From positions 928,001 to 992,000 of the forward strand of contig CAVRAL010000004.1 in the NCBI GenBank assembly GCA_963719085.1: a DNA stretch of 64,000 nt, written 5' to 3'. Numbering within the stretch: position 1 is the first letter of the stretch; every line of letters starts with the position of its first letter. A model generated the notes under the pieces. That model searched no databases, was not told where the DNA came from, and was given only the letters and a program-made list of their open reading frames with translations. This document shows positions 10,397 to 19,836 of this stretch, piece by piece. The translations under genes were made by a program, and so were the position numbers. The stretch is from a candidate division FCPU426 bacterium. Its GTDB lineage: Bacteria > Oederibacteriota > Muellerivitia > Muellerivitales > Muellerivitaceae.

Positions 10397-11875
10397 GTGA
10401 AAAGGTTCCTTCGGATTTGGATCGGGGCCCTGTTGTTGGTTTTTCTTTTTACCACCGGGGGGCGGGCGGGCGAGGTGGTGTCCCCGCCGGCGGGGCAATA
10501 TCTTCCCTCGGAAGATACAGGCCTGCCCGCCCGGACGGTCATTTTGGGGGCCGCCTTCGCGGGCGTAGCGGATGACGCTTCCGCCCTTTTCTTAAATCCG
10601 GCAGGTTTGGGAGAACTCAATTTTTCCCAGATCAGCGTCACCAGCGATTTCGGCGACTTAGAGGCTTTCCGGGAAACCGGACTTTTAGGATGGCGGCTGG
10701 CGCCGGGTCTGGGAATGGGTTTGTCCGGGGCCTACTTGGGGTTTGGGAGCTTGGAGGGCCGGGACGAATTTGGAAATCCTACCGGCGGGTACGGGGCCGA
10801 CCAAATTTCCGGTCAAGTCGGTTTGGGGGCCGAGATCTTGGAAGGGATCGCGGTGGGGGGCAGCTTTCAGTTTTCCCAAGAATCCCTCGACGGAACGGCT
10901 TACCAGGATTTTCGGCCTGACTTGGGGCTCTTGGTCGGTTTTGGAAAACAATGGAAATTGGGTTTGGATTACGGTTTCGCGGGCGGGGGATCTTGGCCGG
11001 GAACCTATGTTTCCGCCCTCACGGCCGGGTTGTCGTGGGAGGGGTTTCTCAATCCGGACGCCCGGATTTTGGCCGCGATCGGCGGTCTTTTCCAATCCGA
11101 CCAAACGGACCTTCTGCAGGGCGGGTTGGAATTCGCTTACGAATCGAGCTTTTTTGTCCGGGGAGGATATGCGGTCAATCCTCAGCCGGACGGGCAGCGG
11201 GTGCTTTCCCTTGGAGCCGGATTTGTAGTGGCCGGATTGACTTTGGATTACGCTTACTTACCTTATGGGGATAATTTCGGGGATACCCACCGGTTCAGCT
11301 TGGCCATTCCTTTGGACAGCGGGGAAGTTTCCCCCTCGACGGCGCAGGGTTCCGTTCCGGCGGCAACTTTAATGGAGGAATCGGCCCACGATTTATCCGC
11401 TCCGGCTCCGAGCCCGGCGTTGGCTTCGGATTCTTCTTCGTCCCATCCCGAACTTCAAAGCGGTTCTTATTCTTCGGCCGGGAACGAGGAAAAACTCCAG
11501 GCGCCCCCGGCTCCATCCGCGGCCGGGAGCGTGGAAAAGGTTCCACCTCCCATGAGCCCGCCCGCCGCCGTGGGCTCCCCAACGCCTTCCTCGAGCCTGG
11601 TGGTGGAGTTCAGCATTCCCGCGGACTTTGGGGCTCAGGCCGATTTAATGGCGTCTCAAGGCCATTGGGCCCAAGCGGTAGAGCTTTATTTGCAGGCCCT
11701 GGCGCAACAACCGCAAAATGTGCATCTGTGGTGGGCTTTAGGCGAGGCTTACGGAAAACTCGGGCGCGAGGATTACGCCGTGCGTTGTTATAAGAAGGTT
11801 CTTGAATTCGACCCGTCTCAAAAAACCTTAAAAGAATGGGTCGACCAGTACGAGCAAAACCATCCAGCCCCCTAA
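10397..11875 (+). CDS. PorV/PorQ-like outer-membrane beta-barrel with Pro/Ser linker and C-terminal TPR
   Basis: AR...LGAAFAGVADDASALFLNPAGL start, LDYAYLPYG...THRFSL end, then TPR repeats. Confidence 0.75.
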   Translation: MKRFLRIWIGALLLVFLFTTGGRAGEVVSPPAGQYLPSEDTGLPARTVILGAAFAGVADDASALFLNPAGLGELNFSQISVTSDFGDLEAFRETGLLGWRLAPGLGMGLSGAYLGFGSLEGRDEFGNPTGGYGADQISGQVGLGAEILEGIAVGGSFQFSQESLDGTAYQDFRPDLGLLVGFGKQWKLGLDYGFAGGGSWPGTYVSALTAGLSWEGFLNPDARILAAIGGLFQSDQTDLLQGGLEFAYESSFFVRGGYAVNPQPDGQRVLSLGAGFVVAGLTLDYAYLPYGDNFGDTHRFSLAIPLDSGEVSPSTAQGSVPAATLMEESAHDLSAPAPSPALASDSSSSHPELQSGSYSSAGNEEKLQAPPAPSAAGSVEKVPPPMSPPAAVGSPTPSSSLVVEFSIPADFGAQADLMASQGHWAQAVELYLQALAQQPQNVHLWWALGEAYGKLGREDYAVRCYKKVLEFDPSQKTLKEWVDQYEQNHPAP

Positions 11876-11887
11876 AGGGAGTTCGAG

Positions 11888-11912
11888 GGAATAAAACCAC
11901 CGCTTTTTCGTC
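11888..11912 (+). promoter_or_regulatory. Putative autoregulatory ECF promoter GGAATAAA-N13-CGTC
   Basis: About 40 nt upstream of the ECF sigma start; bipartite GGAA../CGTC ECF-like pattern. Confidence 0.7.
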
Positions 11913-11953
11913 TTATGATATTGGGGATATCTTTATAAATAGAGGCGCTTATT

Positions 11954-12526
11954 TTGGAAGATCGTGAATTGGTCCGGCGGCTATTAGAGAAGGATCCGCA
12001 GGCGGAAAGTTATTTCTTTCACGCTTATCGGGACCGGTTGTGCCGCGTTTGTCATTATGTTTTGGGATACCATGACGCCGAGGCCGAGGATGTGACTCAA
12101 GAAGCCTTTATGGCGGCCCTTCGCAAATTACCCGAGTTCGAATTTCGATCCACCCTCTACAACTGGCTTTTTAGGATCTGCATGAATCTTTGCTATGACC
12201 GTATCCGGCGGCGCCAACGCCAGATTGTGCGGGCGGAGGAAGAATTGGAGGCCTTGGCCGGTCCGCCTTCGGTGGACAAGGCCCGGTGGGCCCAGGAAGA
12301 CGCCCATCGGCAAAAGATGCTGGATTTGGTGGAAACCCAAAGGGAAGTCATGGGAGACCCCTGCCGGGATCTTTTAAAACTGAGGGATACGCAAAACCAA
12401 AGCTACGCCGCCATTTCGGAAAAACTCAAGATTCCCATCGGGACCGTCATGTCGCGCCTTTCCCGGTGCAAGGAAGCCCTGAAACAATTAGTGTTGAACG
12501 CGCTGGGGGAGGGTTCCCATGTCTGA
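11954..12526 (+). CDS. ECF RNA polymerase sigma factor
   Basis: DAEAEDVTQEAF, WLFRICMN region 2; SYAAIS...IPIGTVMSRLSR region 4. Confidence 0.92.
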   Translation: MEDRELVRRLLEKDPQAESYFFHAYRDRLCRVCHYVLGYHDAEAEDVTQEAFMAALRKLPEFEFRSTLYNWLFRICMNLCYDRIRRRQRQIVRAEEELEALAGPPSVDKARWAQEDAHRQKMLDLVETQREVMGDPCRDLLKLRDTQNQSYAAISEKLKIPIGTVMSRLSRCKEALKQLVLNALGEGSHV

Positions 12527-13307
12527 ATTGGTGGAAAAGTATTTTCAAGAAGACCTGAGCGAATCCGAGCAAGACCTATTGGCCCAAAGCCTGTTGGAGT
12601 CTGAAGACGCGGCGTTTCAATTCAGCCGGCTGGCCCGGGAAGCTTATCTGCGCTTTGGCCTGCCCGAGCCCGAGCCGGAGTGGAAGGATCTTCCCCCCGC
12701 TTTCGACGCGGAAAAGGGTGGAGCCTTTTCGATTTTGGGGATTCTATTTTTGGCGCTAGGTTTGGCGGCGGCGGGCGCCGGTGCGGCTTGGCATTTTGGG
12801 CTGTTGCCGGGCTTTTCAAAAACACGCGCTTGTGGCCCAGTCAACGTTTGCGCGCCCCCGGCCTCCGGCAAAGGGTTGGCGACGGCTCCGGGCGATTCTT
12901 TAGGGGCGGGTCTTTCGGCGTCAGGTCGCTATGGCAAAAACAGGGTGAAAAAAGAATTGGAAACGGGTTCTTCCGCCAACCATGCTCCGGCTGCGGCTTC
13001 TTCTGTCGTTTCGGCGGCCCCCGAAGAAGCGATTACCCCGGTAAATTTGGATGTCCACCCCGCCACCCAGTTCCCCAACCTGTCAGTCGTGGTCAATCAG
13101 GCGCAAGCCGAGCCCCTGAAAGTCAGCGTTCTGGACCCGACGGGGGCGGAAGCCCGAGTTCTTTATCAGGGCACCTTGACGCCGGGCCATTGGGTTTTTG
13201 AATGGAACGGTTTGCTGGCGGGGGGCCAAAAGCCCCCGGCGGGTTTTTATCAAATTCAGGTCCAGTCGGGGCTTTTTGCCCAGCAAAAGACGGTTCAAAT
13301 TCAGTAG
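12519..13307 (+). CDS. Probable membrane anti-sigma factor with C-terminal FlgD-Ig/CTD-like domain
   Basis: Overlaps sigma gene; N-terminal helical domain, single TM, linker, C-terminal VSVLDPTG...WNG...GFYQIQV. Confidence 0.7.
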   Translation: MSELVEKYFQEDLSESEQDLLAQSLLESEDAAFQFSRLAREAYLRFGLPEPEPEWKDLPPAFDAEKGGAFSILGILFLALGLAAAGAGAAWHFGLLPGFSKTRACGPVNVCAPPASGKGLATAPGDSLGAGLSASGRYGKNRVKKELETGSSANHAPAAASSVVSAAPEEAITPVNLDVHPATQFPNLSVVVNQAQAEPLKVSVLDPTGAEARVLYQGTLTPGHWVFEWNGLLAGGQKPPAGFYQIQVQSGLFAQQKTVQIQ

Positions 13308-13370
13308 ATTCGGTAGATTTTTCCTTTCTTTTGGGCGCGAATCCTTCCATAAGATTTTTTATTTTTCCTT

Positions 13371-13395
13371 GGAATAAACCCGGCAAGGCTGCGTC
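13371..13395 (+). promoter_or_regulatory. Putative ECF promoter GGAATAAA-N13-CGTC
   Basis: Third copy of the motif, identical spacing. Confidence 0.7.
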
Positions 13396-13500
13396 CTATG
13401 GACAAGCTTTCGTTCAACCTTTCGACAGATGTCGAAAGGGTAGGCCGGTTTCCTATGAACCTGAACTTGGGTATGAACCGGAAGGTTTATGAAGGGACTT

Positions 13501-13526
13501 GGGTGGCCGTTTGGCCACCCTTTTTT
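13501..13526 (+). terminator. Rho-independent terminator
   Basis: GGGTGGCC-GTTT-GGCCACCC followed by T6. Confidence 0.75.
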
Positions 13527-13824
13527 ATTTTGAGCCGGGGCGCGGCGGGGAGATTTCCGCGTCGTTTCTCATCGCCCGGGTTCTTTAAAACCGTGACGCT
13601 CGCCCCCGGCATAGGGAAGTCGAGGCCGCGTTGGGTGGATCCTCGGAGGATTCATCCAAGTTCGGCCGGGCTTTTTCACCCAACCAAGCTGGTTCAGCCC
13701 CTGCCGCCATTCCTCCGGCCGATGGCCCCGTCCTTTTTTTTAAGGTAAACTATCCGGTATATAACCGAGGGGATGAAGCCCCGTCTCGCTGGCTGCCGGA
13801 CCTATTGGATTTAGGATATCGCTT

Positions 13825-16800
13825 ATGCCCCGTTGGAACCGAATCTCACCGAGAATTCTCTTAGTTCTTGGGCTGCTCCTGCCGATGCCGGGTTTTTCCT
13901 CTCCCGTGCGGGGAGTGACCGGCGATTATTGGGCGGACCTGGTGTTGGGACAGCCTGATTTTTCCAGCCAAGCCATCAATCAAGTCACCAACCGCAGGAT
14001 GTTCAATCCCAGCGGCGTGGTGGTAGACCGATTTTCCACGCCCAACCGGCTCTATGTGTTTGACGGCGGCAACAACCGTGTCCTCGGGTTTAGTGACATC
14101 GCCAACGCGCTTTGTTCGGGATCCAATTCATCAGCCGTGCCGCAAGGCGCCGATATTGTTTTGGGACAGCCCGATTTTTCCCATTCGGCCTGCAACGGCG
14201 ACTCGAATTGGCAAAATTATCCCGTGGTGGCTTCGCCCAACGCGTCCTGTCTTTGCAGTGTGCGGCAAAGCGAAATATCCCCGACCGAAGCCCATTACTA
14301 CGCCAACATGGCGGTAAGCCCTCAAGGCGATCTTTTCGTGCCGGATTATTTCAACAACCGGGTCCTGCGTTATCCCGCGCCCGTCGCCAGCGCGGAAGCG
14401 GCGGATCATGTTTGGGGCCAGAGCGATTTTACCAGCGGGTATCAGGACGCCTTTACTTCTTGCGGGACTCCCAGTTCTTCCAGCCTTTGTTTCACCGCCG
14501 CCAGCGATTGGGGCGCGGGCGTGGGGGTGGATCCCCAGGGAAATCTTTGGGTGGCCGATTCGGGGAACAACCGGGTCCTGCGTTTTCCCAATCCCAACGC
14601 CCCGAGCGCGGGTGTGCCGTCTTCCACGGCGGACTTGGTTTTGGGCCAGGCGGATTTTAATTCCAACCAGGCGGCTTCCGGCCCCTCGGACCTCAATCAC
14701 CTTACGAACCCCTTGGCCGTGCGGGTCGATAGCGCGGGCAATGTTTACGTGGCGGACGAGGCCAGCGGCGGCAACCGCGTGGTGGTGTACCTGGCGCCTA
14801 TCACCTCGGGAAAAGCCATCGGTTATGTGCTCACCCAATATATCCAGGCGCCCCGGGGACTGGAATTTGACCCCGCGGGCGGACTTTGGATCAGCGACGC
14901 GGGCACCAATCAGGCCGTCCTGTTCAACGTGAGTCCGGGAAGCCCCACGAACTTCTCGCCCTTAAAAGTCTTACTGCGAAGCCAACCCTGGACGGGATCC
15001 GGAAGCCCCGCGGCCACCAGCGGCGGGGACGGCGCGAATTTCAATTACCAAGATGGAAATTCGGTCGGTTCTTACACCATGAATCCTCCGGCGGGCGGGT
15101 TGGGCGTGGATTCGACCGGGGACGTTTTTATCACTTCCCGGGATAATGATTTTGACGTTTGGCGGTTTCCCGCTCCCATTCCCGCCATTGGAACGCTTCC
15201 CGCGGGAGAGGCCCATTCGGCGGACTGGGCGGTTTTCAAGGCCGCCCAATATGGCATGGCCAACCAAGTAAGTCCGCTGGGACTTCGGTTTGGAAAAGGC
15301 ATGGCGGTGGCCGCGGGGCAGGTCATTGTTTCGGACTCTTCGCACCTTCGCTATTGGAACATCCCTTCCGGCGTGCAGGCCCTATCTAGCGGCCAGGCCG
15401 CCGATGGGACCGCAGGAGTCCCCGCGGCGGACGTCTCCCTCGGAACCCAGCCCGAAATGGATCGTATCCGCGAGGACCATGCCAGCCCCCAGCACCTTTG
15501 GGTGTTGCGGGGTTACAGCCCCTCGGTCCACCTGGAGCTTTACAACCTGCCCCTCACGCCGGGTGAGCTGCCCGTGACCTACCTGACTTCGCCCCTGCCG
15601 GTTTTGGGCGGAGGCACCATTTCTTTTACCCGGGTGGACGGCTTGACTACCGACCCCACGGATACCAACGGCACCTATCTTTGGTTTTCTGATACGGTCG
15701 GCAACCGGGTGATTCGGGTGCGAAACGCCGAGAATCCCGCTATGGCGGTCGTGGATATTGTTTTGGGCCAAAACGGGTTGTCGGCGACCGGTTGCAACGG
15801 CAATCCCAGCGCCTCCGTTCTTCCGGGCTGTGAGTACTGCGCTCTCTCCTGCGGGGCGGGGGAAATCGCGCCCACGGCCTCCAGTTTCGCTTATCCGGGG
15901 TCCTTACGAATCGATCACCATGGAAACCTTTATGTCAGCGACGGGGCTTTGGAGTGGGCGGGCAACAACCGGCTTTTGCGTTTCAACCAAGCCAACATCC
16001 AAAATAACTCGGCGGGCACCCCGCTGTTCGGGGTTTCGGCTTCGGCGGTTTACGACACGGGCGGCAATTTCACCGCCACCAGCCCCTCCAGTTCCAACGG
16101 GGTGTGGGGCCCTTGGGAAACGGCGTTCAACTCGGACGATTCCATCATGGTGGCGGGCATGAACGAATACACAGGCTCCCGGTTTCCCGTGGTTTATTCC
16201 AACCCGATCGGCTCGGACAATCCGGCGGCCCATTTGAGCGATTACACCACCCACGCTTATTCTTCCACCTTTGATGATCAGGACAATCTTTACATGGCGG
16301 ACTTGAATAAAAGCCGGGTGCTGGTTTACTTCAAGCCTTTTATCGGAGCCTTCCCGACAAGCACCCCGACGGTTTCCCCCACGCCCAATTGCTGTCAAAC
16401 CGCCTGGAGCTACAGCTCGGGCAACGGAACTTTTAGCTCGTCCACCGATGGAGTGGCCTATGACCCGACGGGTTCGGGTACGCTCTATGTGGGAGGCGTC
16501 ACGGCGGTTCAAGCCGTTAATCCCGCCACGGGGGCGATACTGGGAGCTTTACCCAATACCTATTCGTACGTGAATAACATGGCGCGCGGGAAGGACGGGT
16601 TCCTTTACGCGTGTGATTCCAGCCACAACCTCTACAAAATTACCCTGCCGGGCGGGAGCCGCGCCACGCTCGCGAACTTTTCCCCGTATGGTAACGACAC
16701 GCTCTACACCATCGCCGTTGATGATCAAAGTACTGGAGAGGACCTCTACGTGGGGGGCGCCAATGACACGGTCTACCGGGTTACCCAGGGGCCGCCCGTG

Positions 16801-17712
16801 GTGGTCACCCCGCTCACCTTGAACGGGACGCCTTCCACCGCGCCAAACAGCGATGTCTCCGGGCTTTTCTTTCAAGAAGGCTCGGGCGGGGCGCCGGCCA
16901 CGCTTTACGTGAGCGATGAGCATAACAACCGGCTCCTACGCTACCTGCAGGCTTCCCCAGGGAGCGCGGCCTTTAATTTTTCGTCGCTGGTGAGCACTTC
17001 AGTCGCCTTCCCACACCAGATCACGGCGGACCCCGAAGGGAATCTTTATGTCTGCGGGGCGAGCGGATACGCCGCTTATGATTCCAACTTCCTAAACCTT
17101 TGGAGGGACTGCGGTAGTTCCATCGTACCGGACACGACTGGTCTGGCGGTGGACGGCCAGGGCGGCGCCTTCCTGGGAGCCGGCTCGGATAACGGGGCCT
17201 TGATGAAGGTGGGGGGATGCGGCATTCCCGGCGGACCACCCACGGCCACACCCACCCTTACCCCGACCTTCACGGCGACCTATAGTCCCACCATTTCGCC
17301 CAGCCCTACGCCGACCGCGTCGCCTACGGATACGGCGACGGTTACCGCGACCTTCACCCCCACTTTGACGCCTACGGTGACCCCGACCGCGACCTCTACC
17401 CCGTCCCCGACGGGCACGCCAAGCGCGACGGCCACGCCCGAGCGGTTGGTCCTTTATCCCAATCCGGGGAAGGGAAGCGATGTGCACCTGTTGGTGCCTT
17501 TAAGCGCGAATGTCGGCGTCCGGGTCCAGCTGTTCACGGTGGCTTTCCGTAAAATTTTGGACCATGATTTTGGCCTCCAGAGCGCCCCCCAAGTAGTGTT
17601 GGATTTACCCCTTCAAGACCAATGGCAAAGGCCCCTGGCCAACGGGCTTTATTACGTGGCCGTCATTACCCCTGGGGGGCGGCAAATCCTGAAACTCCTG
17701 GTTTTGCGCTAA
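13825..17712 (+). CDS. Large secreted NHL-repeat beta-propeller surface protein with Thr/Pro linker and T9SS type A-like CTD
   Basis: Signal peptide; repeated ADxVLGQxDF and LWVADSGNNRVL NHL units; long TPT linker; LVLYPNP...LANGLYY..KLLVLR end. Confidence 0.85.
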   Translation: MPRWNRISPRILLVLGLLLPMPGFSSPVRGVTGDYWADLVLGQPDFSSQAINQVTNRRMFNPSGVVVDRFSTPNRLYVFDGGNNRVLGFSDIANALCSGSNSSAVPQGADIVLGQPDFSHSACNGDSNWQNYPVVASPNASCLCSVRQSEISPTEAHYYANMAVSPQGDLFVPDYFNNRVLRYPAPVASAEAADHVWGQSDFTSGYQDAFTSCGTPSSSSLCFTAASDWGAGVGVDPQGNLWVADSGNNRVLRFPNPNAPSAGVPSSTADLVLGQADFNSNQAASGPSDLNHLTNPLAVRVDSAGNVYVADEASGGNRVVVYLAPITSGKAIGYVLTQYIQAPRGLEFDPAGGLWISDAGTNQAVLFNVSPGSPTNFSPLKVLLRSQPWTGSGSPAATSGGDGANFNYQDGNSVGSYTMNPPAGGLGVDSTGDVFITSRDNDFDVWRFPAPIPAIGTLPAGEAHSADWAVFKAAQYGMANQVSPLGLRFGKGMAVAAGQVIVSDSSHLRYWNIPSGVQALSSGQAADGTAGVPAADVSLGTQPEMDRIREDHASPQHLWVLRGYSPSVHLELYNLPLTPGELPVTYLTSPLPVLGGGTISFTRVDGLTTDPTDTNGTYLWFSDTVGNRVIRVRNAENPAMAVVDIVLGQNGLSATGCNGNPSASVLPGCEYCALSCGAGEIAPTASSFAYPGSLRIDHHGNLYVSDGALEWAGNNRLLRFNQANIQNNSAGTPLFGVSASAVYDTGGNFTATSPSSSNGVWGPWETAFNSDDSIMVAGMNEYTGSRFPVVYSNPIGSDNPAAHLSDYTTHAYSSTFDDQDNLYMADLNKSRVLVYFKPFIGAFPTSTPTVSPTPNCCQTAWSYSSGNGTFSSSTDGVAYDPTGSGTLYVGGVTAVQAVNPATGAILGALPNTYSYVNNMARGKDGFLYACDSSHNLYKITLPGGSRATLANFSPYGNDTLYTIAVDDQSTGEDLYVGGANDTVYRVTQGPPVVVTPLTLNGTPSTAPNSDVSGLFFQEGSGGAPATLYVSDEHNNRLLRYLQASPGSAAFNFSSLVSTSVAFPHQITADPEGNLYVCGASGYAAYDSNFLNLWRDCGSSIVPDTTGLAVDGQGGAFLGAGSDNGALMKVGGCGIPGGPPTATPTLTPTFTATYSPTISPSPTPTASPTDTATVTATFTPTLTPTVTPTATSTPSPTGTPSATATPERLVLYPNPGKGSDVHLLVPLSANVGVRVQLFTVAFRKILDHDFGLQSAPQVVLDLPLQDQWQRPLANGLYYVAVITPGGRQILKLLVLR

Positions 17713-17774
17713 CCCGAACGGGGTTTTAAGTTGAAAAAAGAACCCGCATCGGCTTCACTAGGCGCCTTCTTCGC

Positions 17775-18425
17775 TTGAAATCAAGAAAGGCCCCGGTGAA
17801 ACCCAACCGCCTCATCCTTTTTGACCTCGACGGCACGCTGACTTACGGTATTTCCACCACCCGGTTTCTTTTTCGCCGGGCGGGTGACGAGGCTTTTTTT
17901 AAAGAGCTGGAGCGCCAATGGATGAACGATTTGACCGACCACCTCACCTTAGCCCGGCAAGTGACCCGCCGCATGACGGGTTGGAAGATACGCGAAGTTG
18001 AGAAATCCTTACACCCCGTCCCTAAAATGACCGGCATCGCCCCAACGGTCCGGGCCCTCAAGCGCTTAGGGTTTTACGTGGCGCTTTCCACTTTGGGTTA
18101 TGAATTGTCGGCGCGGTATTTTAAAAAACGCTACGGTTTTGATGAGGTCCGGGGGACCACGCTGGAGATTAAGCGGGGCGTCATTACGGGCCGGGGCATG
18201 CGGATCTTTCAGGAGCGGCAAAAGGCCCTTTATCTCAAACAGCTTTCCCGGCGGCTCAAGATCCCCTTGCGCCAAACCGTGGTGGTGGGGGATAGCCGCT
18301 CGGACCGGGAAGTCTTCAAGATCGCCGGGCTCCGCATCGCCATGAACCAAGATGGGTTCCTCAAAGGTTTGGCGGATGTGGATTTGAAGGGACGGGACCT
18401 GCGCCGGGTTCTTCGCGTGTTATGA
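17775..18425 (+). CDS. HAD-IB phosphatase (SerB-like)
   Basis: FDLDGTL motif I, VVVGDSRSD motif IV. Confidence 0.85.
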   Translation: MKSRKAPVKPNRLILFDLDGTLTYGISTTRFLFRRAGDEAFFKELERQWMNDLTDHLTLARQVTRRMTGWKIREVEKSLHPVPKMTGIAPTVRALKRLGFYVALSTLGYELSARYFKKRYGFDEVRGTTLEIKRGVITGRGMRIFQERQKALYLKQLSRRLKIPLRQTVVVGDSRSDREVFKIAGLRIAMNQDGFLKGLADVDLKGRDLRRVLRVL

Positions 18426-19312
18426 GCTTCGCGCGCAGTGGAATCGCCCTCATCCTCCTCAGCGACCTTTTGTTCGCCTTCGTGCCCATCACGGTGAAAT
18501 GGGCGCATGGTTACAATTACTCCGCGGTGCAAGTGACTTTTTTCCGGTTCGCTTTCGGCCTTTTGGGGGCGGGGGCGCTGGCGGCGGCGGGTGTCCAAAA
18601 AATAAGAATCGTTAAACTCAAGCCGCTTTTTTGGCGGGGGTTTTTCGGCGGATTGGCGGTTTTCTTTTATTTTATCAGCCTCGACTTTACCACCGCGGCC
18701 CGGGCCACCCTTTGGAACTACACCTACTCTATTTGGGCCAACGTCTTCGCTGTTTTTTTTCTCAAGCGCCAAGCCCCCCGGCATTTTGGTTGGATGCTGG
18801 CCCTGGGCGTGACCGGGGTTTGGCTGGTTTTGGGCGCGCGTTTGGAAGATGTGGGAAGGGGCGATTGGGCGGGTCTTTTATCCGGCGCCGCCGCGGGCGC
18901 TTCCGTGGTGGCTATCAAGGAAGCCCGCCGCACGGATAACGCGCTGAGTATTTTTTCAAGCTTCAGTCTTTTTGGTTTTGTTTTCGCGGGAGTCTTTTTG
19001 GCGCTGGCGGCGGTCCCCGCCGCTCCCGCCCTGGCTCAATCCCTGGGTCATTGGACGGAGATTTCCGGCGGGGGGGGCGGACTTTTAGTTTTGATGGGGC
19101 TCTTAGGGATGGCGGCCCAACTGCTCTTGACCCAATCCCTGGGATTTTTAAGTTTGCCCATGGGAACCCTCTTGTCACTTTTGGTGCCGATCGGGGCGGC
19201 GGTCTTGGGGCTTTTATTACTGGGGGAAGCTTTGACCCCGCATTTTTTGGCCGGAACCTTGCTGGTTTTGGCCGCCTGCGCCTGGCTGGGATGGCGTGAA
19301 AATAAGGGGTGA
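18422..19312 (+). CDS. DMT/EamA family transporter
   Basis: About 10 TM helices, two EamA repeats (FFRF, LGEAL). Confidence 0.85.
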   Translation: MSFARSGIALILLSDLLFAFVPITVKWAHGYNYSAVQVTFFRFAFGLLGAGALAAAGVQKIRIVKLKPLFWRGFFGGLAVFFYFISLDFTTAARATLWNYTYSIWANVFAVFFLKRQAPRHFGWMLALGVTGVWLVLGARLEDVGRGDWAGLLSGAAAGASVVAIKEARRTDNALSIFSSFSLFGFVFAGVFLALAAVPAAPALAQSLGHWTEISGGGGGLLVLMGLLGMAAQLLLTQSLGFLSLPMGTLLSLLVPIGAAVLGLLLLGEALTPHFLAGTLLVLAACAWLGWRENKG

Positions 19313-19390
19313 TTATTTTCCCCTCAAGCCGGGGGTTCTTTTTTAGGTATGATAATCAAGCTCATATCCCTTTAGGAATCGAGGCGCGCT

Positions 19391-19831
19391 ATGGCGGGAA
19401 AAACCGGATGGGTGGAAAAACGCCAGCATGAACGCGTGGTGGCCACCATTAAGATCAGCTACCGGGTGATTGAGTCCAAGGACGCCAAGGCGGTCCTTTC
19501 GCAGGATTCCTATCGAAGCACCACGGCGGACCAACTGCCGGGGCTTTCCCAGGTTTCCCCCCTTTATGACGCCGTCACGAGGGATATTTCAGTGGGCGGG
19601 CTTTCGGTCATCAGCGAACAGCCGATCCCCAAGGGAACGGTGGTGGAGGTGGGGTTGACCCTGCCCAATTACAAAACGATCCTTAAATTTTTGGCGGAGA
19701 TTGTGCATGTGGAATCCGTGACCGAAATGGGACGAACCTTACAGCGGTCCGGCGTGAAGACTTTGGCCATTAACAAGGAAGACGTCACCCGGATGGAAGA
19801 ATACTTGATTGAAAAGGCCCGCAAGAAGTAA
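19391..19831 (+). CDS. PilZ-domain protein
   Basis: EKRQHER (RxxxR) and DISVGG (DxSxGG) c-di-GMP motifs. Confidence 0.85.
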   Translation: MAGKTGWVEKRQHERVVATIKISYRVIESKDAKAVLSQDSYRSTTADQLPGLSQVSPLYDAVTRDISVGGLSVISEQPIPKGTVVEVGLTLPNYKTILKFLAEIVHVESVTEMGRTLQRSGVKTLAINKEDVTRMEEYLIEKARKK

Positions 19832-19836
19832 CCGGG

